DNA of 40,632 nt from Catajapyx aquilonaris (GCA_000934665.2 KZ538913.1:1-40632); one strand, 5' to 3'; shown: positions 12,901 through 24,042, counted from the first letter of the stretch. Made by a program: numbers and translations. Notes: generated by a model from the sequence alone, not told the origin.

Positions 12901-13764
12901 GACAAAAGGCAGCCCTAAACACAAGCGATGCAATTATTAAGATTATGCAACATTGCTTGATGTTATTAATTATGTGAATATGTCGAGTTCCTTGAAGAGC
13001 CTGGGAACAAGAAGCAAAAATGCTGGGCCCAGGGAGAAATTCTACTCTACCAAACTAAACCGAGCTTGTGATAAATCTCATGTTTATTATACGGTACGTT
13101 TGTACAAAACTGAAAAAAAACATAACACGCAGTGCTATTGTAATTTTATGCAAATTGCACAGCAATGTACTATCAGTCCACCAAGAATTGTCGTAGCGGC
13201 AGCGCACGAACTACAGTCTACGAGCACTTCTCCATTGACTTCTCCCCCCGGAAGTGCTCGTAACTGCAGTTCGTGCACTGCCACTATGACAATTCTCGGT
13301 GGACTGATCGTACAAAATCTCCCACAACTCATAAACTTTCTGAAATGTATTTGACCCAAATAATTGACAACTGTTGGAACAAAATCTTGAATCTATTTTC
13401 TGTCACCCATCCTGCAGCTCCATCGCAACTGGCCAACACTTGCTGAAAAAAATCCCCACAATTTATTAAACTCATGCACAAGTGTGACACCAACACCAAT
13501 CACCTGAAACAAAAAAAAAAAAACCTTTTAAATTAAGCACTGCTCACCACCTGCACTGCCACCACTGCTCACCACCTGCAGGAAATATTTTCTTTACAAC
13601 ATTTGCTGGCAATCGTTCGACTTCCTTACAGTCATCCTCCATGAGTTGGACGCCCAAATGCCAAGGACAAGCAGCAGACCCAGTCCAACAGAGGTGACCA
13701 GGCTGCACACCGACAGGGTGACCCCAAACAGGCTGATGTTGCCCAGGTGGAAGCAGCAACCCAT
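3794..13764 (-). CDS. FAAH: Fatty-acid amide hydrolase 1-like (amidase signature family; such genes are often annotated as vitamin D3 hydroxylase-associated protein-like). Whole gene: complement(join(3794..3907,5015..5163,8565..9081,10198..11067,13630..13764)), about 594 aa
   Basis: Five exons joined by GT-AG introns with consistent phases (0,0,1,0) give one open frame. Motifs: GPLHGLPVSVKD (catalytic Lys), KTNVPQ, GGSSGGEG (cis-Ser), GSDIGGSIRIPS (nucleophile Ser), YTLIFNLLDFPCGVV and GLPLSVQVASFPWQEEMVLRVMQEL, as in vertebrate FAAH1. Confidence 0.92.
5015..5163 (-). CDS. FAAH: FAAH-like coding exon 4 (GLMYTLIFNLLDFPCGVVKITTENKEDQ...FTMVKR)
   Basis: Acceptor gtgtttctacag|CG completes TCG from exon 3; donor AGG|gtaagt; contains the Y-T-x-x-F-N-x-L-D-F-P-x-G-V-V motif. 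Confidence 0.92.
5262..5681. mobile_element. Degenerate foldback-type element with inverted arms built from ttcatccaa / ttggatgaa subrepeats
   Basis: Left arm repeats (t)tcatccaa, right arm repeats ttggatgaa; outer ends cacataatttgcccaaacc and ggcttgggaaaagtcatatga are loosely complementary. Confidence 0.5.
7933..8322 (+). mobile_element. Probable non-autonomous Helitron in a FAAH-like intron
   Basis: A|TCTAATAC 5' end and TTTTTCTAG|T 3' end (insertion between A and T); subterminal palindromic pieces (ctacgc...gcgtag, tacgagcgta). Confidence 0.4.
8565..9081 (-). CDS. FAAH: FAAH-like coding exon 3 (IYSSKRSLRIG...GPRDPSILF)
   Basis: Core of ORF 8392..9102; acceptor ttttatctccag|ATT, donor TTC T|gtatga (phase 1); LRIG, PTPGMQRAV and LDAVIMP are FAAH-type motifs. 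Confidence 0.92.
10198..11067 (-). CDS. FAAH: FAAH-like coding exon 2 (290 codons, amidase signature region)
   Basis: Core of ORF 10171..11166; acceptor tctttcattacag|AAA, donor GAG|gtgcgt; contains all three catalytic triad motifs. Confidence 0.95.
12006..12255. mobile_element. About 250-bp degenerate MITE, possibly mariner-like
   Basis: tgacgggtctgagataaaaaacagccaagt at the left pairs with acttggccgtttttgatctcagaccccctca at the right (about 30-bp imperfect inverted repeat). Confidence 0.65.
12276..12360. mobile_element. 85-bp pogo/Tigger-like (Tc1/mariner superfamily) MITE with TA target duplication
   Basis: TA|cagtaaaaccttgatataac ... gatatatcgaggttttactg|TA; 18/20 terminal inverted repeat beginning CAGT. 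Confidence 0.75.
13166..13314. mobile_element. 149-bp near-palindromic foldback MITE / long hairpin
   Basis: Arms 13166-13230 and 13251-13314 are reverse complements with 6 mismatches and 1 indel; 20-nt loop; TA dinucleotides near both ends. Confidence 0.75.
13630..13764 (-). CDS. FAAH: FAAH-like coding exon 1: MGCCFHLGNISLFGVTLSVCSLVTSVGLGLLLVLGIWASNSWRMT (N-terminal transmembrane anchor)
   Basis: ATG at 13764, acceptor ttttacgcag 8 nt upstream (exon starts 13772), donor ACT|gtaagg at 13630. Phase 0 matches the next exon. Hydrophobic helix followed by a basic stretch (WRMT|KLLREKAERRR), as in FAAH1. Confidence 0.8.
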
Positions 13765-14677
13765 CTTTCCTCCTGCGTAAAAGTGTACAACCGCACACCG
13801 CCACCGGTACAACACTATTGCAAGCCAGGAAGTGCAACCCCCGCTTCATATACAGGCCACGGAGATATGAATCAGCATTATGGAAAGCAAAAAAAGTTTT
13901 TTGCAGGCTGGGAAAAATTAAATAACAGGTTTTGCATGAAAAATGCAAGCAACAGATAGTGAAACGTCACTGGGACACGTGGTTCAGGACCTCGCGTCCA
14001 GATGGCGGCACCAGCCAAGTGCAGGGGCAGATTTCAGAAAATGGCGCAGGATTTTAAAGTCGCAATTTTAAGAGTCGCAGGCGTTGAAATCAGCGGTCTC
14101 AAACTGATAAAACTACCCCAGTGATCGGTCGTAATAGCAACGAACACTGGGAACAAGTTTTACCAAGCCGAGCTCCGGCTGGGTTCTTCTTCTTGTGGAT
14201 GGCGGATGAGGCCAGCCACGTACAGCCTCTTCGTGATCTCAACATTTTGTCAGATCACGTAAGAACCGTACATAGCTGGACAACATCCCGTGGATTTGAG
14301 GAGGTGTTTGGCCGATCCGCAGTCAGATGTTGATAACCCGGTGACCACTTGCGATAACAAGGCCAACAGAGTTAAAATCACCTGACCACAAAATCAAGTC
14401 ACACGATGACATCTGGTACAATCGGGGCCTATCGAAAGTAAACTGAAAAGAGCGCAATCAACCGGAAGCTGCATGGGAGACACAATGTAACAACAAAACA
14501 CTTAGCAAACAACACAACAATACGATACGATGACGACGAATATGTAGCAGTTTTTGGTCCAGAAAAAATAAGGCAGCTGATTTACAAATAAAACAGCTGC
14601 CTCAGACTTTCGGAATAAAGACAACTACCAAAACGGGTACTGAAGCGATGAATATATGAGGACCCGCTTATGGAGAC

Positions 14678-14721
14678 AATAGTCTCGGTGCTATCCCTCA
14701 ATCTGGATAGCCGAGACTATT
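14678..14721. repeat. Short hairpin, possibly a collapsed TAG...CTA-ended transposon remnant
   Basis: aatagtctcgg(tg)ctatcc pairs with ggatagccgagactatt. Confidence 0.55.
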
Positions 14722-16211
14722 TATCCCGAAAAGCAGGCCCCACCGCTTTGTCTTCTTGCTGGAAATGGCGGCAGCACATTCCTAGGAAAATAAGTCGCAT
14801 GCAATTTGATGGAATGTAAATGCCTCTCTCCAGGAGAATAATCCCGGTTGCTGTGTATCAAAGACAAACAGGGAGTTATTGTCCTCAGAAAGCCGGCATC
14901 AGTATACTGAACACACAACAATGCACCTCCCAAAATATCATATACCGCACACAAAATCGCAACACGATAATTCCTGGAAAAAATGCAGGACACATTCCAG
15001 CTCCAAACAATGGCAAATTGACGAACGCAAAGGCCTTCTTCCTAAGATCCATAATCTTGGTGACTATTTTGAAACTAGACACCCAGGTTATGATTCTAGG
15101 AAGCAAACCTTTCCACCCAAATGGCCAAGCTGCAATCAAAACAATGCAAGTCGCACGTCGCGCGTGGAAATAACCAACAGAGATTGCACACCCGGTGACC
15201 AGATAACACGGTCAACCAGATATGCTTTCTCTGATGGCTTATCACCATAAATTGTGGCAATGCTGCTCGTCGAGAATTTTCAACAGAGATTCGTACCCCG
15301 GTGTCCATTCCTGACAACAATGGAAAACCGCGGCCTGAACTCTCCTGAAAATCCCGCTGGAAAATGGCGGTGGAAGATGCGTGGCTGGTGCAAGCGTCCA
15401 CGGCGGCCTAGAACCCCAGCGGTGTAACTGGTATCACACCGACTGGCGATTCCGTCCACCACGAATGCCTGCTGATCAACAATGGTCCAACTTGCCCCCA
15501 CCCCACACCAAAAATAAAACCGAAGGAACACTAGCAGCCCTGTCGAAGTTCAAACTCCCAGTGACCCCCGAACAATGTCCAGGCCGGACTGAGCATTTGC
15601 ACTCGACAAAACTGCAGATTTATGCAACAAATGTGGACGAGTAGAACCCTCGCGTTGACATGAGTGTACGATCTAGTCACGATCAAATATCACGGGACTA
15701 GAGCGACACCCACCGCAACGCGAGAATTGAACGCCGGAATCGCACAGGAACGCCTAAAATGTCCACACAAAAGCCTTCTCCCCCACCCACCCTTTTTTTT
15801 CTTCTTCTTCAACCCCCACGACCGTTGACCTCCTCGGCTATCTTGGGCACTGGACTTCCCCAAACTTTTACCACCCTCAACCCCCCACCGACCCTTTCCC
15901 GCCCTAAGCCCTTTTTCGACCTCAAAACCGACCCCTTTCTAGCCTCTCCTTCCAACCCTTATGCCGACTTGAGCAACAAACGAAACCGATTGTTGCCCAG
16001 GTTTGATGGTACTCGCAGTTGAAGATGACCGGGAGGCGGCTGGGCTCGGTGTGGCTGAAGTCATCGGCCGACGGGCAGGGATTTCCCCGTGGATCTGGCA
16101 AAGATGTCCTCCACTGCTGGCTGGTTGAAGTATCTCGAAGTAACTGGCAGAAGTGGCTGGTAGAAGTGGGCGTCTTCGTCGATCTTGCTATCTTGAAGAG
16201 CTGGCTCGGTG

Positions 16212-16419
16212 TGAGTCGGCAGGGGTCAGAGGTCGCGGTTTTATAGTGTCGGTTGGGGGTGGTGTGGGGTGCAAACAGAGCAGGGTTGGGGGGCTATGAC
16301 GAATATGTTGGGCCAGCCAATCAGAGACGTGGGTTTGGGGGGGGAACCAGCTTCTGGGTCTCGAGGTCAACTTTGCAATTGGTTGGCCTCGACCCAGCGT
16401 GGGCTTATGGTCACGTGAC
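16212..16419 (-). promoter_or_regulatory. Pol II promoter-like motif cluster (E-box, two CCAAT boxes, TATA, Inr-like) pointing toward the FAAH-like gene
   Basis: GTCACGTGAC 16410-16419, ATTGG 16378-16382, CCAAT 16317-16321, minus-strand TATAAAA from 16245, TCA with A at 16212 (TATA at -33). Confidence 0.4.
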
Positions 16420-19400
16420 GACAGAAGCATTTCTCGGAGAAGGGGGGGGGGGGGGAGGGTTCACCCGGGCCACTTCCTCCAAAAATTTTTTTGAAGAAAT
16501 ATAACATCGAGATTAATTTTTTCCGGGATCGGATTTTATGCATACTATGCGCACAAAACTATGAGCAAGCTTGTTAGTGATCACAATCGGTAATTAAATC
16601 AATCAACAAACTTGTCGCCGACTCTTTGTTAGCATTGGTGGACTCATCGCCCGCAATTGTTATTGAGCCTGGTTTATTCGGGTTTACCTTATTGCACAAC
16701 AGTTAGTAAATAAAGGGCATGATATGTACCAAAATCTAAGCAGTTGGCAATTTATTTATGACGAAGAAAACCGTGAGCGCCTGTAATAACAATGATTAAT
16801 TAGCACGTTAATTAGACTTGTTGGTACCAAAGTTGATCCGGCGAAACTGCTGACGTGTCACTCATCGAATCCTGGGCAAGACGATGCTGATTGTTTTTTT
16901 TCTTTAAATACAAATGATAGCCCACAGGTCAGGTACAGCCATAACTTGAACTACTCTCATAAGTTTATTTTTAGTCCGGTTGCAGGTTCTAGGCATATGA
17001 AAACGTGTTTAGAACACCACCCTCTAATAGCTGTCATTTTCCTGCAAACTATTGTTAGGCTACTCAAAAGTCGCTGACACAAAAACAATATTGACAAGAC
17101 ATTTTTTTGCCTAGCTCTCACATGGTCATCCGATTCACGGCAAATGTTCAGTACAAGATTGTAAACAAACAGAAGTGACGCGGAAGGAAGCATTGGCACC
17201 AGTAAACACACCTGATAATATTCGGTCAATTTATGACGAATCAAAGACTGATTATGCTATCGTAAATGATAGACTTCCTTAGGGCCAGTTGCATCAATGT
17301 GGTAAACCCAGAATAAGTAATTTATCCCATATCATTAATGTAGTCTACGGTATGACCAATTTGTCCAGCCAGTCATCGACAATGTAACCCAGCTACTTGT
17401 ACGTAAGTCATATCAGCCCAACAAAATCCATTTTCAAAACAATTAAGTGACAAAATTCTACGTACAGAGACGCACTATTGGAACACCCTGGAAAGCTCAC
17501 GTATGATTCACCCCAAATTATTCCCCCAGGTTTTAGTACATATGCGATACATATTTTGAAGCCCTGTCGCCTACGGACATGCCAAAGCGTTGCAAGACCC
17601 AAAAACCGGCCACACTTCTAATTTTGGATCCAGTTGTAATGAACGCTATTGTGTCCTTATCTACCCCACATCTGGGTGACGCCGTCCAAAATGTCAAAAT
17701 CCCCATTTTCGGGACTATCTTTGAACCGACCTTGAAGGAAAAAGGAATCATCCTTCAACCCGCTAACCCCCTCAGGTCACCGCGCCGCAACCTTTCCGAC
17801 GCCAAGACCCCAAAGTCATGTCACACGACGCACATATTTTTTTTCCTCCTCCTTTGTCTTCTCTCCCGGCCTATACTTGAGGAATAGCTGACACATGTGG
17901 TTGCAATCTGTAGGCGACACTCACCTTCAAGTTTCTGGCGTCTTGCTCCAGGCTGAAGTTCCCAGAAAGTTCCAAATAAAAACCGACCTGGAAGCTTTCT
18001 TCTCTCCATCGCATGGGCGGTGCCAAATTTTACATTAAAAATTAAATTACATATATGGTGTCGTGCGATCTGATAATTATTTATCTGATTTATATTGACT
18101 GCTGATTTGGTCTAAACCTGCTCGGGGTAGAGAAGCAAAGTAACCACTGTTTGAATGACTATACCGTACCGATTGACCGATTGACCGATGCAAAGGGTTT
18201 GCAGGGAAAGAAGCTTGCTGGACAGATACCTGGAAATTCCCTGATTAGAGGGGGGTCAGAGGACTGGAGGAGACTCAAGTACAAGTACAAATTGAGTGGT
18301 ATATGGCACACTTCAGATTACCTTTAATAATTACCTGGTAGACTTCCATATCCGTCCGGTTTAAATCGGTGAATTCATCTGGACAGGAAGCGGTTTTATA
18401 CCACACATGGCCTCACATGCTGGAGTTGTTAGGAAGTTGGAAAGGCAGGAAAACTGCGTCGCATCTTGAGCGCGTGTAACTCGTTTTACTACCTGTTGGC
18501 ATCCTGTGACACATGTTAACCAATGTTCCCAGGTCTATCTGACCTCGGCCATACTCATGTCAGAAGGAAATGATAACATACAAAGTGAAGATGACGAGCC
18601 AAATCGTTACATTGGCATCTAAAATTAAGCAAGTAACAAGAATAAGGTTTGATTTGTGTGTGCATTTTATTTTATTTTTGCACGGCGAGGCATTGTTGTT
18701 ACTCAAGTTGTTACAGACATGAGGACCGGCAAAAAAAATCGCAGTACCATGTTGAGAAGTTTCTTGTAAACAACAATAATTTATTGTTTTGCGGGGCTAA
18801 TTATATATCGTCCAAGAAATCACGTTGTCACCTCATAGTTTGTGGGGTTATTTCCTTATGGATGAATTATTAGCTTATGCTCTCGCTCAGCCAAATGCTT
18901 TTGACAAGTCGCAAACCATAACTCAATGCGAGTGATAAGCTGTAAAAGATACCGCATCATGGGAACGCAGCGCAGCAAGGAACGCAGGTTGTTTCCATCG
19001 GTTTTCATTCATGTGGCGGGTTGAATTATGTGAAGACATAAGTGGGATTTCATCAGGCGAGGTTTTCATTGTCAGGACTTCCGAGCATATGTGGTGACGA
19101 TAAACGGATTAATTTATGAGACTGAACAAAGCCCGAGTTCCACGTACCTGAGTCTAAGTTGCGACATTTATTCAGTAAAAAGAGAAGAAAAATTCGAGTA
19201 CAGCATAGTACTTCATGTATTTCACACGCTCCATTTATGAGAGTCTATGTCTCTATGACATGAACTGCATATGCAGATATAGGTTTTCAGCACCCTGGAA
19301 TTAAATTCCGGTGTCAAAAATGCAAAAAGATGCATATTTCATGCACATCACCGGATTAATTTTGAGGCCCACTCCTTAGCCCCGCCTTAATTATCGCAGG

Positions 19401-20319
19401 CTGGAGGGCAAGTAGAGCAGATAAGTGAAGCCAAGCCTGAGCAAGCCTGCATGGCACCAATTATTTGCTACCGAAAAGTCCCCGAAATAGCCTAAGTACG
19501 GGAACAAGCTTATTTAGATCTAACCGGATCTAACTGATGTTTTGACCTTCTTTTCCCCTTGTATAGCGCAACAATGACCTAACCTGCCAACTCAACGAAG
19601 GAACTGGAAATAAAACTAAATTTGAAACCAGTACGAGTGCAGTTTCATCCTCTAGTGTTCAACGAAAAGTAGCTCCTTGGAAGCTAACCGTCGTGATTGT
19701 CGCTTATTTTTAATCTGCTGATTGCCGGAATGAATATTAACTGCAACTTCATCCGCTGGTTCTATTGTTAAACTGTGAACTTGGCTATGCACTACCAAGC
19801 CCATAATTATTATTGGCTCTTCAATGGCACACAAACTAGTGCAAATTGCATTTCCGACGATTCGGATATGAGATGATTTTTGTCCTATGCGCAGTTTGAC
19901 ATTACTTTGTTACATAGTATCAAAACAATAGCTAAGTATTGCGTAACATCGCATCGCAGCCGCAGCTTCCCTATCCTTCCTCCATTGAAAATTTCATGTC
20001 CACCACACAAAGGGTGTCCCCCCTCCGCATTCCTTCTGGCACAGAAGTCAAACCCTTTCATATCCCTCCAAAAACACAGGCCAAGGAGGGTGACAAAGAT
20101 TGCAATGTGGCCTTGAGAAAACCGACGCTCCATTTTCCCCCATTCCTGAAAGTAAAGCATTTACCCGGATCTACAGGGTGATGCGAAAAATACTTGTTCG
20201 ATTTCTGATGTGATTGTTTCGCTTGCACTACGCTGATTATTATTATTCGCTTACCTTATTGCAATGTTTACTGTCATTTATTATATTAAACCATTAACTG
20301 CTAATAGCTTGCTAATAGT

Positions 20320-20505
20320 CAGTGCCGGATTTACCCCCTCGGCCGCAGTTGAGATCCGCCCCCATCCCCCCAATGCCGTTTAAAAACTCAATTTTTTGTC
20401 GAGTTCTCTGCTTCATTTCATTTGATATTAGATAAAAATTCATATTTCAACTATTTCTGCTTATGGCCGCCCCCGTATATAGGCCTAGTGACAAATCCGG
20501 CGCTG
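20320..20505. mobile_element. hAT-like MITE remnant
   Basis: cagtgccggattt ... aaatccggcgctg (12/13 inverted repeat); no target duplication visible. Confidence 0.55.
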
Positions 20506-21090
20506 GTAGGTTGCCTTGCGGCGCTGCTAATAGCTTAGTGGACCGAATTGGACCACCGATCCGAGTTTTGAATCGTAATGATCGAGTTTATGATTGGGAC
20601 TCGGATTGGGAACAATTGGTACCGAACGCCAATCCCATAATATCAATATTATGTTCAGGGCCCTTGCAGTTAAAAAAAAAAAAAAGATGAGTCCATGAAA
20701 CGAAACATTAGTAGCCAATATTTTTGAAAACCATTGTAACCATTCCGAAGCAATATTGATGCTTAATAATATAGCGAAAAGAGCAATCGGAGAAGTATTT
20801 TGGATCACCCAGTATGCTATACCTAGACTTGGGTCTTTCCGCGTGAATAAGCGAGGGACGCTACCATACCAGTTCCATTCCAGGTATACTTGGGATGAAA
20901 ATGGAGATAAGATAGGATTCCTGAATTTGGCGTTGCGGGGCTTTTGGTGTACGAAGCTCTCAGCTCAGTGATTCCAATGTCAACAAGGTGTTGCAAACAA
21001 ATAGTCTACTCTGAAATGGCAAAGGTACCAACAAAAATAAATGGCTCACTCATTTACTAATGGCAATAAATGACGACACATGCTTGAAAA

Positions 21091-21234
21091 CAGGGGCGGA
21101 TCAAGAATTTTTTTCTGGGGGGGGGGGGGNNNNNNNNNNNNNNNNNNNNNNNNNNNNNNNNNNNNNNNNNNNNNNNNNNNNNNNNNNNNNNNNNNNNNNN
21201 NNCCCCCCCCCCCCCCTCCCTGGATCCGCCACTG
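21091..21234. mobile_element. hAT-like MITE spanning an assembly gap
   Basis: Termini caggggcggatc ... gatccgccactg; near-perfect 8-bp target duplication cttgaaaa / cttggaaa; internal poly-G, N gap, poly-C. Confidence 0.75.
21130..21201. other. Assembly gap (other Ns at 3342-3353, 1550 and 31904)
   Basis: N runs, each adjacent to a G or C homopolymer. Confidence 0.95.
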
Positions 21235-23930
21235 CTTGGAAAAGATGCGTGGCATTTTAAAAAGGGCAAGAAAAAGGGCCAGCTTGGTAGGTCCTAATCT
21301 TGTCACCATCGGCCCTTATTCTGAACGAAAATCACAAATAAATGCCACAATTTTTAAAATCCCATTTCAAAAATCAGATGTGAATGTGATTCAATTGTCC
21401 CAATTCGATTAATTTTCCAGTATAAATTTACGTAGTGCCCAATAATGTAAAAATAGTTCTTTTTTGTTGATAGGCCCGCATGTATTAGGACAATTAGGGC
21501 CTACCAGTGCTGCTTTTTGAGCCGAAAGTAATTCGGCATGCGGACTTTTACAGCATTATTTATGTCCCTTGCAAGCAATGAAGCAATAACAACATAATGT
21601 AATACCAATATATTATAACGGTGTGTTATAGCAGAGCTCTTACAACAGAGCAAAAACAATGTATTGGGATATTTTAAATAGGCATAGGTTAAATCGTTAA
21701 ATCCTGTCAGATTGCTCTCGTGACTTTTCAGACAAATCCTTATAACCTATGTCCAAGTAAAACGATTTCTCGGTAAATACAATACAGTACTACTAATAGA
21801 CTGTAATTAATAGCTGTCAGGGTAACGAGCATTTATTTAAAAATAAAGAATCTACTCCGGCATGAAATACAGTATTCAAAACTAGTAAAATACATATATT
21901 ACAGTAACTGCGGATTATTATCATGTTCACATTTTATTCATCTCGGTGTGGCAGTAGTGTCGGTTATGGACTAGAGATGTCGCACACAAAGCCGCATCCC
22001 ACTGCCACCTATCGGCCACTTATTCAACCACCAAGTCAGCTTCCCCCCCCACATTTATTAATATCCTAATCATAATTAGACAAACAAATTGCTCCACTCT
22101 TTTCCTTTTAAAATACTTTCTTCCTGCAATGCAACACGCAACCTTCTTCTGGCCAAGGCACCACTTGGCAACCCTGTGTGTATTGTTGCCCCCAGCAGCA
22201 GCTGATGAGAAGGCGCTGGCGTGCTTTCTCGGTGGTTGCTGTCGGTGCTGCTGGTCGTTGGTCGCTGCCTGCTGTCGTCGTTGGGAGTGTCTGCCGGCAA
22301 CCAGGAAGCAACTGGGCCGTCCCCCAGCTGTCAGGTGCGACGAGGGAGCCAAACAATATTCGGGTAATTTACCTTGAATAATAATATTATTGAGACAAGT
22401 GCTGAGTCATCTGCGCGCCTTTTTTGAATAGATGCTTAAAAAAGGGGATTCTGGCAGTACGGATGCAATTAAGAATTTTTGGTACTTCTGGACTACCAGT
22501 ATTGTCTTGATAATGGCACGGACCCTGAAAATGATGATAAAAACACAACTCTTTGCTGTTCATAAATATTTTATTACGTTATTTTAGTCTTTTAGCAAAA
22601 AAAAAAACAAAACAAAAAAAACCAACAAAACTAAAAGGTTCTAATATAAATAAGTTAATGTACGTGGATTTCTGTTGGGAGGGCGATGAAGGGACTGGTT
22701 GAAGGTCCATCTTGCCTGGGGGGCGAATAATTGAAGGTTTTTGTATCAATTTAATTGTCTGAGGGATTGAACATTCTGGCAAGATTGACCAAAGATTCGT
22801 GTGAAATTTTATTTGGGATATGCTTGGGACGCACCGAGGATTCAAACCCTGAACATGTGAGATTCACCTGATTGTCCGACCCCTCGCCATCATCTCCAGG
22901 GCGGTTAGAAGCCAGCCCCCAATAATTGCTACACTGCGCCGTAATCGTAGTGCAAATACTGCCCTGGTTTATGCTGGAGAGGGTGGGACACAGCTTAATA
23001 CTACTGTATATAAATATAAATCTCTGCGCAGCCAACACCAAGTTTGTCCAGAGGCAAACTACATATTTGGCCAAGACTAGACATATGAAACTGATAGCCT
23101 CTATCGTATACAATTTAACCAATGCATTGTAAAAGAAAGCCAGATAGCTTTAGTTGCTTTGGCTCCTTCCCAATCAATCAATAATGATTTTAGAGAATGA
23201 GAATGAAAGGAATGACAATTTAAGCAATCTCTGCAGCGCCAACGAAAGCAGCCGTTCCTTAACTCATAATGGAACAAACTGTGAGTAGATTGTGAGCACA
23301 GCTCAAGAGAAAGATGTGAAAGCAAGATGGTTTTCAATAGTTCATGCGACTCCCTTATATTTTACCAGGTTCTGACCGTGCTTAGAACCAATTTTCTTCA
23401 AGATTCAACGTTGATGAACCAAGGAAACACCTGCAATTTTTAGCAAAGACTGTGACATGAGATGAAATTCTCACTTCTCACTCTTAATCGTCTCACTATC
23501 AGAATCAATTAGTAGTGCAGGTTATAAAATTGTAATTAAAAAATTTCCCGAAGGGCCACAAGCCCATCCCAGGGCATGCCATTAACAGGAATAATTGTTA
23601 CCAATTAATTGCAGTATTAAGTCATAGCCAGGAGGCTATATGTAAGCGCCACCTTTTCTCTATTCCCTGGGTAATGTAGATGCTTATTGTACATACTTGT
23701 ACTAATCGATTTATGTCATGTCACTCTGCGCTTGAATTTGCAGGTCCTTGGTCCATTAAGCATCGAAATTAAAATGGTGTTTCCAGATAAATAACGTTGA
23801 TTTGAGTATTATGAGAGCATGGGGTTTGGTTGTGAGATTGGTCCTCCATCTGAAGATCTCGGTCTAGCCCGCCTTGGAATGTTGTGTGCTCTAATACTGA
23901 TTGGTGCGGACTAGTACTCTCTGGCTCTCT

Positions 23931-24042
23931 TCACTTCCGGCGACCTAGGATGTCAATCATGCGGTCGAATTCGCCGTTTTCTTCTGTTAGGAGCAGTGCA
24001 TCTAGACAACCCTTGAAGTATGGGTTGTTGAAGCAGCTGGAC
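23931..24042 (-). CDS. ITP: ITP-specific terminal exon: (R)SSCFNNPYFKGCLDALLLTEENGEFDRMIDILGRRK*
   Basis: 3' part of ORF 23931..24152; acceptor ttgtgttgttgcag|G; supplies Cys5, Cys6 and the L-GRRK amidation site. Confidence 0.95.

Noticed and set aside
22020..22381. Five overlapping ORFs in a GC-rich, CAG/CTG-biased patch
   Set aside because: Low stop-codon density from composition; no protein motif; may be ITP 3' UTR or intergenic DNA.
22825..22895. tRNA/SINE-like B-box (minus strand gggtttgaatcct) with a loose A-box
   Set aside because: No cloverleaf or acceptor stem; the match is too degenerate to call.
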